From Candidatus Aldehydirespiratoraceae bacterium (GTDB taxonomy: Bacteria > Actinomycetota > Acidimicrobiia > Acidimicrobiales > Aldehydirespiratoraceae), in the NCBI GenBank assembly GCA_047639555.1, contig JBLIOE010000017.1:6945-70944 (forward strand): a stretch of DNA of 64,000 bases, read 5' to 3'. This document shows positions 7,712 to 15,548 of this stretch, one piece after another (the stretch's first letter is position 1; the number at the start of each line of letters is the position of its first letter). A program made the position numbers and the translations under genes. The notes beneath the pieces are model-generated. The model was not told where the DNA came from. It made no database searches and saw only the letters and a program-made list of their open reading frames with translations.

Positions 7712-8379
7712 GCTCGGGCAGCTTCGGCGAGTGACTTCAGCTCGGTGATGCCCGCAGCCTTGTCGTCGTACTTGAACAGCGCCGAGCCGCTCACGAAGAC
7801 ATTGGCGCCGGCGGCCGCACACTCGCCGATTGTGGTGGCGGAGATGCCGCCGTCGATCTCGATGTCGATCTCGTTGCCGCTGGCGTCGACCATTGCCTTG
7901 AGCTCGGCGATCTTGTCGAGAAGGGGGATGTACTTCTGCCCACCGAAGCCAGGGTTGACCGTCATGACGAGGATGTGGTCGGTGACCTCGAGGACATGCT
8001 GGATCGTGCTCGCCGGCGTGTGCGGGTTGAGAACGACACCGCTACGGGCACCCAGCTTCTGGATGTTATCGAGGCTGCGATGCAGGTGGGTGCAAGCCTC
8101 GGCGTGGACCATGACGGTCTGGCAGCCGGCCTCGATAAAGAGTGGAGCGATCTCGTCGGCCTTCATCACCATCAGGTGAGCTTCGAAGTGAATCGTGAGG
8201 TGGCTGCGGATGGACTTGACCACATCGGGTCCCACCGTGATGTTGGGCACAAAAACGCCATCCATCACGTCCCAATGGATGCGATCGGCTCCCGCCTTCT
8301 CGAGATCCACGCACTCTTCGCCCAGTCGGGCGAAGTCGGCGGGAAGGATGGATGGGGCGATCTCTATAGGGCGGCTCAC
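7708..8379 (-). CDS. rpe: ribulose-phosphate 3-epimerase
   Basis: 223 aa. Motifs are IAPSILPADFARLGEE, HWDVMDGVFVPNIT, HLMV and MTVNPGFGGQK. Confidence 0.9.
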   Translation of the reverse strand: MSRPIEIAPSILPADFARLGEECVDLEKAGADRIHWDVMDGVFVPNITVGPDVVKSIRSHLTIHFEAHLMVMKADEIAPLFIEAGCQTVMVHAEACTHLHRSLDNIQKLGARSGVVLNPHTPASTIQHVLEVTDHILVMTVNPGFGGQKYIPLLDKIAELKAMVDASGNEIDIEIDGGISATTIGECAAAGANVFVSGSALFKYDDKAAGITELKSLAEAARA

Positions 8380-8450
8380 GGGAGCGACACTAATCGCGCC
8401 CGCCGCCCGCGCGAGGCGTATCTCGGCATAGCGCCGCTACCGTTCTTCCC

Positions 8451-9620
8451 ATGGAACTACACGTCTCCGCAACCGCGCGAGATGGCGCTGGTGTGGCCCG
8501 GGCCGAAGACGGCCGAATTGTCTTTGTTGAAGGCGCGCTCGCGGGTGAAACCGTCAGTGTCGAGATGATCAAAGTCGACAAGCGCTGGTCTCGCGCCCGC
8601 GTTGTTCGCGTCCTCGATGCATCACCCGAGCGGGTGCCGATTCCATGCACGCACCAGATCGAAGGCTGCGGCGGTTGCGACCTCTTGCACGTCGCGGCTG
8701 ATGCGCAGCTGCGCATGAAGTCGTCGATGGTGGTCGACCAGCTCGTACGAGCCGAGGTCGAGGCGCCCGACGCCGCGCTTCGTTCGCTCGATAACGATCA
8801 GGGCCGCACCACGGTGCGCGCCGCGATCGTGGATGGCCGCGCCGGCTACCGCATCCGAGGGTCGCACGACATCGTCGTCCCCGAGGTCTGTGAAGCGGTC
8901 GATCCAATCGCCGAACAGCTCCTCATCGACGGACGCTTCGGCGACGCCAAGGAAGTCACAATTCGAGTCGGCAATCGCACCGGCGAACGCCTCGTGATGG
9001 TTGAAGGCAGCACCTTTGGTATCGAGCTTCCCGACGATGTTCTGATCGTTGGCACCGACGAACTGGCCAAGGGCAAACGAGCCTGGATTCATGAAGAAGC
9101 GGGCGGGCGCCGCTGGCGAGTCTCCGCCCGTTCGTTCTTCCAGAACCGCCCCGCGGGCGTCGACGCTCTCGTCGAAGAAGTCGGCGGCATGGTCGAGGAG
9201 TACGGCACCGACGGCCCCCTGGTCGATGCCTATGCCGGCATCGGCATCTTCGCTGGCACGGTCGGCGTTGGTCGCTCGGTATACGCCATCGAACGCGGCA
9301 AGGATTCAAGCGCCGACGCTCGGGTGAACTTGGAAGAAGGCGATGTCAAGATCATCAAGTCTTCCGTCGAACGCTGGCGAGCCACCCCGGCGGCAGTCGT
9401 GATCGCCGACCCGGCTCGTGAAGGTCTCGGCAAGGACGGCGTGAATACGCTCCTGCGGGCCGAACCCGATCTCTTCGTGCTGGTGAGCTGCGATCCCTCA
9501 GCGTTCGCAAAGGACGCCGCTCGCCTCATCGCTGGCGGCATGTCGCTCGCCCGGATGACCGTGGTCGACATGTTCCCCGGCACCTCCCACGTCGAAACCG
9601 TCGGCGCTTTCGTCCGCTAG
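8451..9620 (+). CDS. TRAM-domain class I SAM-dependent RNA (uracil-5-)-methyltransferase (RlmD/RumA-like)
   Basis: 389 aa. It has an N-terminal TRAM-like segment, a Cys cluster CTHQIEGCGGCDLLH, and C-terminal ADPAREGLG and LVSCDPSAFAKD motifs. Confidence 0.8.
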   Translation: MELHVSATARDGAGVARAEDGRIVFVEGALAGETVSVEMIKVDKRWSRARVVRVLDASPERVPIPCTHQIEGCGGCDLLHVAADAQLRMKSSMVVDQLVRAEVEAPDAALRSLDNDQGRTTVRAAIVDGRAGYRIRGSHDIVVPEVCEAVDPIAEQLLIDGRFGDAKEVTIRVGNRTGERLVMVEGSTFGIELPDDVLIVGTDELAKGKRAWIHEEAGGRRWRVSARSFFQNRPAGVDALVEEVGGMVEEYGTDGPLVDAYAGIGIFAGTVGVGRSVYAIERGKDSSADARVNLEEGDVKIIKSSVERWRATPAAVVIADPAREGLGKDGVNTLLRAEPDLFVLVSCDPSAFAKDAARLIAGGMSLARMTVVDMFPGTSHVETVGAFVR

Positions 9621-9752
9621 TCCCGGTCGGCTCTCCGACAGCTCGCACGGAAAAGTCGCTTCTGGGGGACCGGGCGACGCGCACGCGAAGGCCGTGGCCA
9701 AAGGACACAAGAGCTACGCCAAATCCTTCAAGAAATAGTCCTTTTCTGTTCG

Positions 9753-10817
9753 GTTAGCCGAGCAGCAGCGCCGGGTCGCCCCGGCACACGTTTTCGACCA
9801 GCCACTCGCCGGTGAGGTCGTTCCTGTTCTCAGCCTCGTTGGCGAAGACGGCACCCTGGATCTGGGCGCAAACCACACACAGCTCTGCGTCGAGAGGGAT
9901 TTCGAATCCTCGCAGCGCAGCAATCCATGGACCGAGGGTGGTGTCGCCACCCGGGCCGACGATCGACTGGATTCGCCATCGCGTATCTCGGCGGGGGCAT
10001 TGAACACCACACTGGTGTCGTCATAGAAAAGCAGGAGCGACTCGACGCCAACGGGGGAGAGGAAGCGGTCGCCCTCGGAATAGGCGTAGGCGAAGAGGAA
10101 TGGCTGTTGGGCGTCCGGGTGTAAGAGTGCGAGGAACGTATGCCAATCGTCCTTGTCGAACGCGGCGGAGAGGCTTTCAACCGTCTCTGTGGGGGTCGAC
10201 ATCGGGAGTCGGTCCACTAGGGTCGAACGATTCTCGAGCGGGGTCGAGGCTGCGACGCCTGGGCGCGAGAGAGGGGCCGCGTCCGGATCTCCGCCTTCAA
10301 CGAGGAGTTGATGTAGCCGCCAGGTGTCGTCTTGCACCTGGACCATCACGGCATCGACGGGTTCGCCAGTGGCATCGAGAGTGCCTCGAAGTACGGCCCC
10401 GTTTTCGTCAACACTCACTCGTTCGATACCCAGAATGCCTCCAATCAGGTCGACCGGAAGGCCGCCTTGCTGAGCGGCGTACGTGAGAATGAACTCAGCC
10501 TTGGCGATGTTGAGCTTCGTGTTCGGCCTGAGCGATTCGAGATCGGTCAGGACGGCATCGATGAAGCGCGGTGCGATGAGGCCCCCAAGGATCGGGGATG
10601 TAGCGCTGAGTTCGACGGCCTGGAGGTGGGCTGGGTCAAGAATCAGTGCCGCATTGCGCATGTCTTCGGCCTCCAGTCGCTCGGTGAACGTGCGGAGAGC
10701 CGCTTCGGGGGTTGCCAGGTTCAGTTGGTTCAGCGGTAGAACCGCGTAGGCCGACCATGGCAAGGGGGCCACGCAAGTTGTCATTAGTTGGTGGTCTGAC
10801 CACGATCTTGTCGGCAA
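9753..10817 (-). pseudogene. hypothetical two-domain protein with an interrupted reading frame (probably a 1-nt indel)
   Basis: Track ORF 9714..10817 turns Arg/Ser-rich after ...SVVFNAPAEIRD. The -1 frame then reads protein-like as WRIQSIVGPGGDTTLGPWIAALRGFEIPLDAELCVVCAQIQGAVFANEAENRNDLTGEWLVENVCRGDPALLLG, ending at TAA 9753-9755. The switch falls at or near the G5 run 9992-9996. Two internal segments begin with a similar T-P-E/T-x-x-x-x-x-F pattern. Confidence 0.55.
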
Positions 10818-10826
10818 ACCGCAGTG

Positions 10827-11105
10827 TCATCGGTCCCGCTGGAGGTCGGCGGACTCCGGGTCGGCCAGGGTGACTGTGCGGCTCGGGTCGTCGGTATTCG
10901 TGAGCGGTCGCGAGATATCGACTCGCAAAATGTCGGTGAGCAAACCTGTTCGCAATCGTCGCCGCATCTCCCCGGCATCGTCGGAAATCGTGTCGGTGAC
11001 AAATCCAATCTTCTCGACACTTGTGGCCAACTGTTGTTCGCTCCCGGCCGCGATTACATGGAGACCATGCTCGATATTGCGGCGAGCGTCCTGCTCGTCC
11101 AGCAT
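10827..11105 (-). CDS. hypothetical protein (92 aa, acidic)
   Basis: Lies between udk and the downstream hypothetical gene on the same strand. Composition is ordinary. Hand count gives G/C at about 65 of 92 third positions. Confidence 0.5.
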   Translation of the reverse strand: MLDEQDARRNIEHGLHVIAAGSEQQLATSVEKIGFVTDTISDDAGEMRRRLRTGLLTDILRVDISRPLTNTDDPSRTVTLADPESADLQRDR

Positions 11106-11113
11106 CGCCGGAA

Positions 11114-11776
11114 TTAGCGCTCGGAGGTCCTAGAAGGCCGGGGATCCCCCGTCGGGAGACCACTATCGTGGCCGACACTCTCCAGCCGTTCGATGATCAC
11201 CGCGGCATCCGAGCCGGCTTCGCCTTCGCCGGACACGACGAGATCGGCGTGATCTCTGTAGGGCTGCACGAACCGGTCGTGCATGGGAGCGACAAATTCC
11301 GCGAATTGGCGGCGAACGTCGTCGGCGTCGCGTCCGCGTTCGCGCATGTCCCGCTGGATTCGTCGCTCCAAACGAACGTCCTCGGCCACGTCGATGAACA
11401 CCGCGTAGTCGAGTAGCTCGTGGATGCCAGGGAAGCTGAAGAGCAGAATGCCCTCGACCAGCACAATCTCGCGCGCTTCAACCGGAATCGTGGCGCCGGT
11501 TCGGGTGTGGCTGGCGAAGTCGTATTCGGGCACTTCGATGTCTCGGCCTTGGCGAAGGTCGGTGAGGTGCTGGGCGAACAGTTCGTTGTCGAGCGAGTCT
11601 GGGTGGTCGTAGTTGACCCGCATTCGCTCTTCCATCGTGAGGTGGGAGAGATCGCGGTAGTAGGCGTCGAACGCCAACGCCGAGACGCGGTCCGGGCCGA
11701 GTCGACGAATCAGTTCGACGGCGAGTGTTGTCTTTCCGGCGCCTGAGCCACCACAGATCCCGATCAGCGTTGCCAC
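11114..11776 (-). CDS. udk: uridine kinase
   Basis: Track ORF is 11114..11965. I prefer GTG 11776 because the 63-aa upstream extension is Arg-rich, with G/C at only about 61% of third positions. Motifs are P-loop IGICGGSGAGKTT, VNYDHPDSLD and VLVEGIL. Confidence 0.85.
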   Translation of the reverse strand: MATLIGICGGSGAGKTTLAVELIRRLGPDRVSALAFDAYYRDLSHLTMEERMRVNYDHPDSLDNELFAQHLTDLRQGRDIEVPEYDFASHTRTGATIPVEAREIVLVEGILLFSFPGIHELLDYAVFIDVAEDVRLERRIQRDMRERGRDADDVRRQFAEFVAPMHDRFVQPYRDHADLVVSGEGEAGSDAAVIIERLESVGHDSGLPTGDPRPSRTSER

Positions 11777-11851
11777 GGCCGCACACCGTACCGGCTGGAA
11801 TTCCGTGCGAGGATCTCGGCCATGAGCGGATCTGAGCTGACCCGACACGAA

Positions 11852-12094
11852 ATGACCCGCACGCGGGTCCCGTCGTCGACGACTTGCGACTTTTCGCAGC
11901 CCTGCGGGCGTGCTCCTGGGGCGCCGATTCTTGTCTGGCCTCCCGGCGACTACGGACCCGGCCACTTCGTGCCGCGTGAACGGCCCGCCTTTGAAACCTG
12001 CTGGTCAGAGGGGTCGTTGGCGCCGACGTCGATCGTGATGGCGCACTCCACGAGGGCGGTCTGGCTCGACGGTTGGCTCGGCCGAGACCGATGA
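11852..12094 (+). CDS. candidate small protein (80 aa, Trp/Pro/Cys-rich), low confidence
   Basis: Part of track ORF 11822..12094. Its stop overlaps the aminotransferase ATG 12091 (ATGA). Hand count gives G/C at about 63 of 80 third positions. However, position 2 is also GC-rich and there is no SD sequence. Confidence 0.3.
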   Translation: MTRTRVPSSTTCDFSQPCGRAPGAPILVWPPGDYGPGHFVPRERPAFETCWSEGSLAPTSIVMAHSTRAVWLDGWLGRDR

Positions 12095-13236
12095 CCCGCA
12101 CAGCCGCCCAGCGCGCCGAGATCGCGCCCTTCTACGTGATGGAAGTGATGCGCGCCGCGGAGCTACGAGCCGCGGCGGGCGAAGAGGTGCTCCATCTCGA
12201 GGTTGGTCAACCATCGACGCCCGCGCCTCGTGGAGTGATCGAGGCGGCGCACCGAGCGCTCGACGAAGACGTGCTCGGCTACAGCACGGCCGCGGGCATT
12301 GAGCCACTTCGCCGGCGGGTCGCAGCCCACTACGACGATTGGTACGGCGTGTCGGTTGATCCCGACGCGGTGATGCTCACCGTTGGCGCATCGGGCGCGT
12401 TTGTTGCCGCGTTTATGGCCGCGTTTGATCCCGGCGATCGGGTCGTCGTCCCCACTCCCGGCTACCCGTGTTATCGAAATGCGCTCGAGCTCCTCGGTTG
12501 TGAGGTCGTGTCACTTTCGACGTCGGCCGACACTCGGTTCCAGCCGACGGTCGAACAGCTCTCCGCCCTGGGCCCCATCAATGGTCTCGTGTTGAGCTCG
12601 CCATCCAACCCCACCGGCACGATGCTTGATGCCGCCCAGATGCAGGCCATCGTCGAGTGGTGCCGAGCCAACGATGTCTGGTTCGTTTCGGACGAGATCT
12701 ATCACGGCATCACGTTTGGCGAAGCCGCACCGACGGCCCTCCAGTTCGACGCCGATGCGATCGTCGTGAACAGCTTCTCGAAGTACTTCTCGATGACGGG
12801 CTGGCGGCTTGGTTGGCTCATCGCTCCACTGGCACTACGAACTGCGATCACTCGGATCGGGCAGAACGCCACCATCGCGGCGCCCACCCTCAGCCAGCTC
12901 GGAGCGTTGGCTGCCTTTGACTGTCACGACGACTGTGAAGCCAACATCGCTCGTTACGCCCGCAACCGCGCCGTGCTGCTCGAAGGGTTGCCGGCGGCCG
13001 GGCTGGATCGGCTCGCGCCGGCTGATGGTGCGTTCTACATTTGGGCACAAACCGATCATCTGGCCGACGACTCACAAGAGTTGTGCGCTCGCTGGCTCGA
13101 CGAACTCGGCATTGCTGCCACCCCGGGAATCGACTTCGATCCAGCGGAAGGACACCGGTTCGTGCGATTCTCGTTCGCCGGATCCGAGACCGATGTGGCC
13201 GAAGCGGTCACCCGCCTGAGAGATTGGACCCCATGA
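12091..13236 (+). CDS. class I/II pyridoxal-phosphate-dependent aminotransferase (AspC/AlaC-like)
   Basis: Track ORF starts at 12073; ATG 12091 gives MTRTAAQRAEIAPFYVMEVM, the typical N-terminus. Motifs are SPSNPTG and NSFSKYFSMTGWRLGW (PLP lysine). Confidence 0.85.
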   Translation: MTRTAAQRAEIAPFYVMEVMRAAELRAAAGEEVLHLEVGQPSTPAPRGVIEAAHRALDEDVLGYSTAAGIEPLRRRVAAHYDDWYGVSVDPDAVMLTVGASGAFVAAFMAAFDPGDRVVVPTPGYPCYRNALELLGCEVVSLSTSADTRFQPTVEQLSALGPINGLVLSSPSNPTGTMLDAAQMQAIVEWCRANDVWFVSDEIYHGITFGEAAPTALQFDADAIVVNSFSKYFSMTGWRLGWLIAPLALRTAITRIGQNATIAAPTLSQLGALAAFDCHDDCEANIARYARNRAVLLEGLPAAGLDRLAPADGAFYIWAQTDHLADDSQELCARWLDELGIAATPGIDFDPAEGHRFVRFSFAGSETDVAEAVTRLRDWTP

Positions 13237-14060
13237 GTTACGACGCAGCGAACCTTGAGACCCTCACCGTTGAGATGGACGGACATGTCGCGTGGGTCAC
13301 GCTCAATCGACCCGACGCCTACAACGCGTTCAGCCCCACCATGCAGCGTGAGCTGCGGGCCACGTGGAAAGCGTTTCGCCGTGACGACGAAGTGCGGGCG
13401 ATCGTTCTTACCGCCGCCGGCGAGAAGGCCTTCTGCGTTGGCATCGATCGCAACGAGGGTGAGTTCACGGCGCTCGACGGGACCGACTCGCTCTACGGCA
13501 CGTCGAACAACTTTATGTACGACGACCCGGGTGACGACCTCGGACCGAAAGCGTGTGATCTCTGGAAGCCCGTGATCTGCGCGGTCAACGGGATGGCGGC
13601 CGGTGGCGCGTTCTACATGCTCGCCGAGGCCGACATCATTATCTCGGCCGATCACGCCACGTTCTTCGACCCCCATGTCACCTACGGCATGGCGGCGGTT
13701 TATGAGCCGATCAAGATGTTGCAGCGGATGCCGCTGGGTGAAGTGCTGCGAATGTCGCTGCTCGGCAACTACGAACGGATGACGGCCGAGACTGCCCACC
13801 GAATCGGAATGGTGAGCGAAGTTTGCTCATCGGCCGATCTGCACGAACGGGCCAAGTGGGTCGCCGACGCGATCGCCGCCCAGCCGCCAGTGGCCGTGCA
13901 GGCGACGATGCGAGCGATTTGGGCCGCCAACGACATGGGTCGGCTCAACGCGCTCGCGATGGCGCCCGCCATTCTCACCACCGGCTTCGACCGAGCGGGC
14001 ATGGAAGCGGGCACCGAGTCGTTTAACTCCGGCGCTCGGATCGAGTCGCGTAAGCGCTGA
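13233..14060 (+). CDS. enoyl-CoA hydratase/isomerase (crotonase) family protein
   Basis: Its ATG overlaps the upstream stop (ATGA). Motifs are VAWVTLNRPDAYNAF, GEKAFCVGID and AAVNGMAAGGAF. Confidence 0.85.
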   Translation: MSYDAANLETLTVEMDGHVAWVTLNRPDAYNAFSPTMQRELRATWKAFRRDDEVRAIVLTAAGEKAFCVGIDRNEGEFTALDGTDSLYGTSNNFMYDDPGDDLGPKACDLWKPVICAVNGMAAGGAFYMLAEADIIISADHATFFDPHVTYGMAAVYEPIKMLQRMPLGEVLRMSLLGNYERMTAETAHRIGMVSEVCSSADLHERAKWVADAIAAQPPVAVQATMRAIWAANDMGRLNALAMAPAILTTGFDRAGMEAGTESFNSGARIESRKR

Positions 14061-14061
14061 C

Positions 14062-14415
14062 TCAGAGCAGGCTCACGGCGACGGCGAGCAGCGAGCCCAC
14101 CAGGGTCAAGATGAGGACGGCTGCTACAACGCGGATCGTTTGACGCGTGCGCTCGCGGTGCTGGTTCTCCGCGACGGCGTCTATGGGGATCCAGCGCTGC
14201 ACGATTTCCGCGGCGGTGGCGGCCTCTTCGTTGCGGACGAGGAGTCGGTGCGGCTGGAGAGCGGTGAGCCCCGACGTTTGGCCCGCATTGTCCATCATGA
14301 GCGCTTCTACTCGCAGGCCAGCGTGTTCACATTCCGCCACGATGGCGTCGGCCTCGAAGCGGTCAAACCCGAGCACGAACTCGGTGAGGTCTGCATCGGA
14401 GAGTGGTGCCGCCAT
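14062..14415 (-). CDS. hypothetical protein with C-terminal membrane anchor
   Basis: 117 aa. A soluble N-terminal domain is followed by IRVVAAVLILTLVGSLLAVAVSLL at the C-terminus. Confidence 0.5.
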   Translation of the reverse strand: MAAPLSDADLTEFVLGFDRFEADAIVAECEHAGLRVEALMMDNAGQTSGLTALQPHRLLVRNEEAATAAEIVQRWIPIDAVAENQHRERTRQTIRVVAAVLILTLVGSLLAVAVSLL

Positions 14416-14456
14416 CTTCCGACGATAGCCGAGAGTGTTCTGGCGCGAGTCTCGGC

Positions 14457-14879
14457 TTAGGCGCCGAGGCGAATACGAGCGGCGACGCTCATATCGAGCA
14501 GTCGCTGCGGGATGGCGACGCCGTTAACTTCAACGCTGCCAGTCGCAACAGCCGCGCCACCACCAGAATCTTCGCTGCCGGCGTCCGCAGTGGCGGCGTC
14601 TTCGGCGGCGGCCGCGGCCTCGGTGGCCTCGCGATCGCGCTGTACGAGGAAGCGGTCGTAGTCCTTGGCCTTCACCAGGCTGCCGTGATCGATGTGCCCG
14701 ATCGACTCGCCGTCGGTGAAGCGCACCCAGTAGCGGATCCACGTGAAACCGTTGGCAACGGCCACCTTGCCGCTGCTGCCCGCGGGGTAGCCGGGGATGT
14801 CGTCGACAAGGCGAACCTTGGTGCCCCGCGTGAACGCGGTGCCCTGGATTTCGGCGGTGGAGGCAGCGGCTTTCGGCAC
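14457..14879 (-). CDS. hypothetical protein
   Basis: This is the 3' part of track ORF 14457..15455. The 5' part overlaps the opposite-strand lipoprotein gene and looks like a shadow ORF. The start, taken as GTG 14879, is uncertain. Sequence includes TKVRLVDDIPGYPAGSSGKVAVANGFTWIRYWVRFTDGESIGHID, an Ala/Asp/Glu-rich linker, and a VEVNGVAIPQRLLDMSVAARIRLGA tail. Confidence 0.5.
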   Translation of the reverse strand: MPKAAASTAEIQGTAFTRGTKVRLVDDIPGYPAGSSGKVAVANGFTWIRYWVRFTDGESIGHIDHGSLVKAKDYDRFLVQRDREATEAAAAAEDAATADAGSEDSGGGAAVATGSVEVNGVAIPQRLLDMSVAARIRLGA

Positions 14880-14999
14880 GAGGAGAAAATGTAGCGCTTG
14901 TGTCTGGTGTCCGACGACATGAGCGACTACATCCTGGCTCCCCTGACCGGCTGGTACTAACGTCGCGTCGGAAACCGGCGGACCAATGGGAGTCTTGAA

Positions 15000-15515
15000 A
15001 TGAACACACAGCGAAAAATTCGAAGCGGATGGCGGGTACTGGTTGCGGTGATCGCCGCTGTCGCCCTCCTGTCGACAGCGTGCGGCGACGACAGTGAATC
15101 CGAAACACTCGATGTCGAAAACGAGACTGACTCGACTGACAGCGGGGCCACGGTCAACGCATGCCCCGAGGACGGGTGCACGATCGCAATTACGGCGGCG
15201 GAAGCTAGTGACGGCGAACTCTCGTTGACTTGGGACGCGAACTTCGCCCCCGAGCTCGCCCGGAACCACATCCACGTCTACTGGGACAATTTTGAGCCTG
15301 CGCAGGTCAGCGGAGACGCCGAGGCTCGTGGTGTAGAACAAGGCGATTGGGTGCCGACCGACGTGAGTCCCACGTTCGTGACCGAGGGTGCCGTATCGCT
15401 GGCCGAACGTGGCGACTCCACAACGGTGTGCGTCACTGCGGCCGACGGGGAGCACGCCGTGCTCGACGAGGCACTCGAGCAGTGCTTCGATGTCAGTGCT
15501 TCGTTGCCATCGTGA
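15000..15515 (+). CDS. secreted protein or lipoprotein, unknown function
   Basis: Signal-like N-terminus MNTQRKIRSGWRVLVAVIAAVALLSTAC with a Cys after the hydrophobic core. The mature part is acidic with 4 further Cys. It ends 33 nt upstream of the kinase gene. Confidence 0.6.
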   Translation: MNTQRKIRSGWRVLVAVIAAVALLSTACGDDSESETLDVENETDSTDSGATVNACPEDGCTIAITAAEASDGELSLTWDANFAPELARNHIHVYWDNFEPAQVSGDAEARGVEQGDWVPTDVSPTFVTEGAVSLAERGDSTTVCVTAADGEHAVLDEALEQCFDVSASLPS

Positions 15516-15548
15516 TCGGCTAGCGAGCGGCGCCTTGCAGGTGAACAG

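Noticed and set aside
11777-11965. 63-aa N-terminal extension of uridine kinase in the track ORF (start 11965).
   Set aside because: The extension is Arg/Pro-rich, with only about 61% G/C at third positions by hand count. A GTG at 11776 gives a normal-length Udk starting just before the P-loop.
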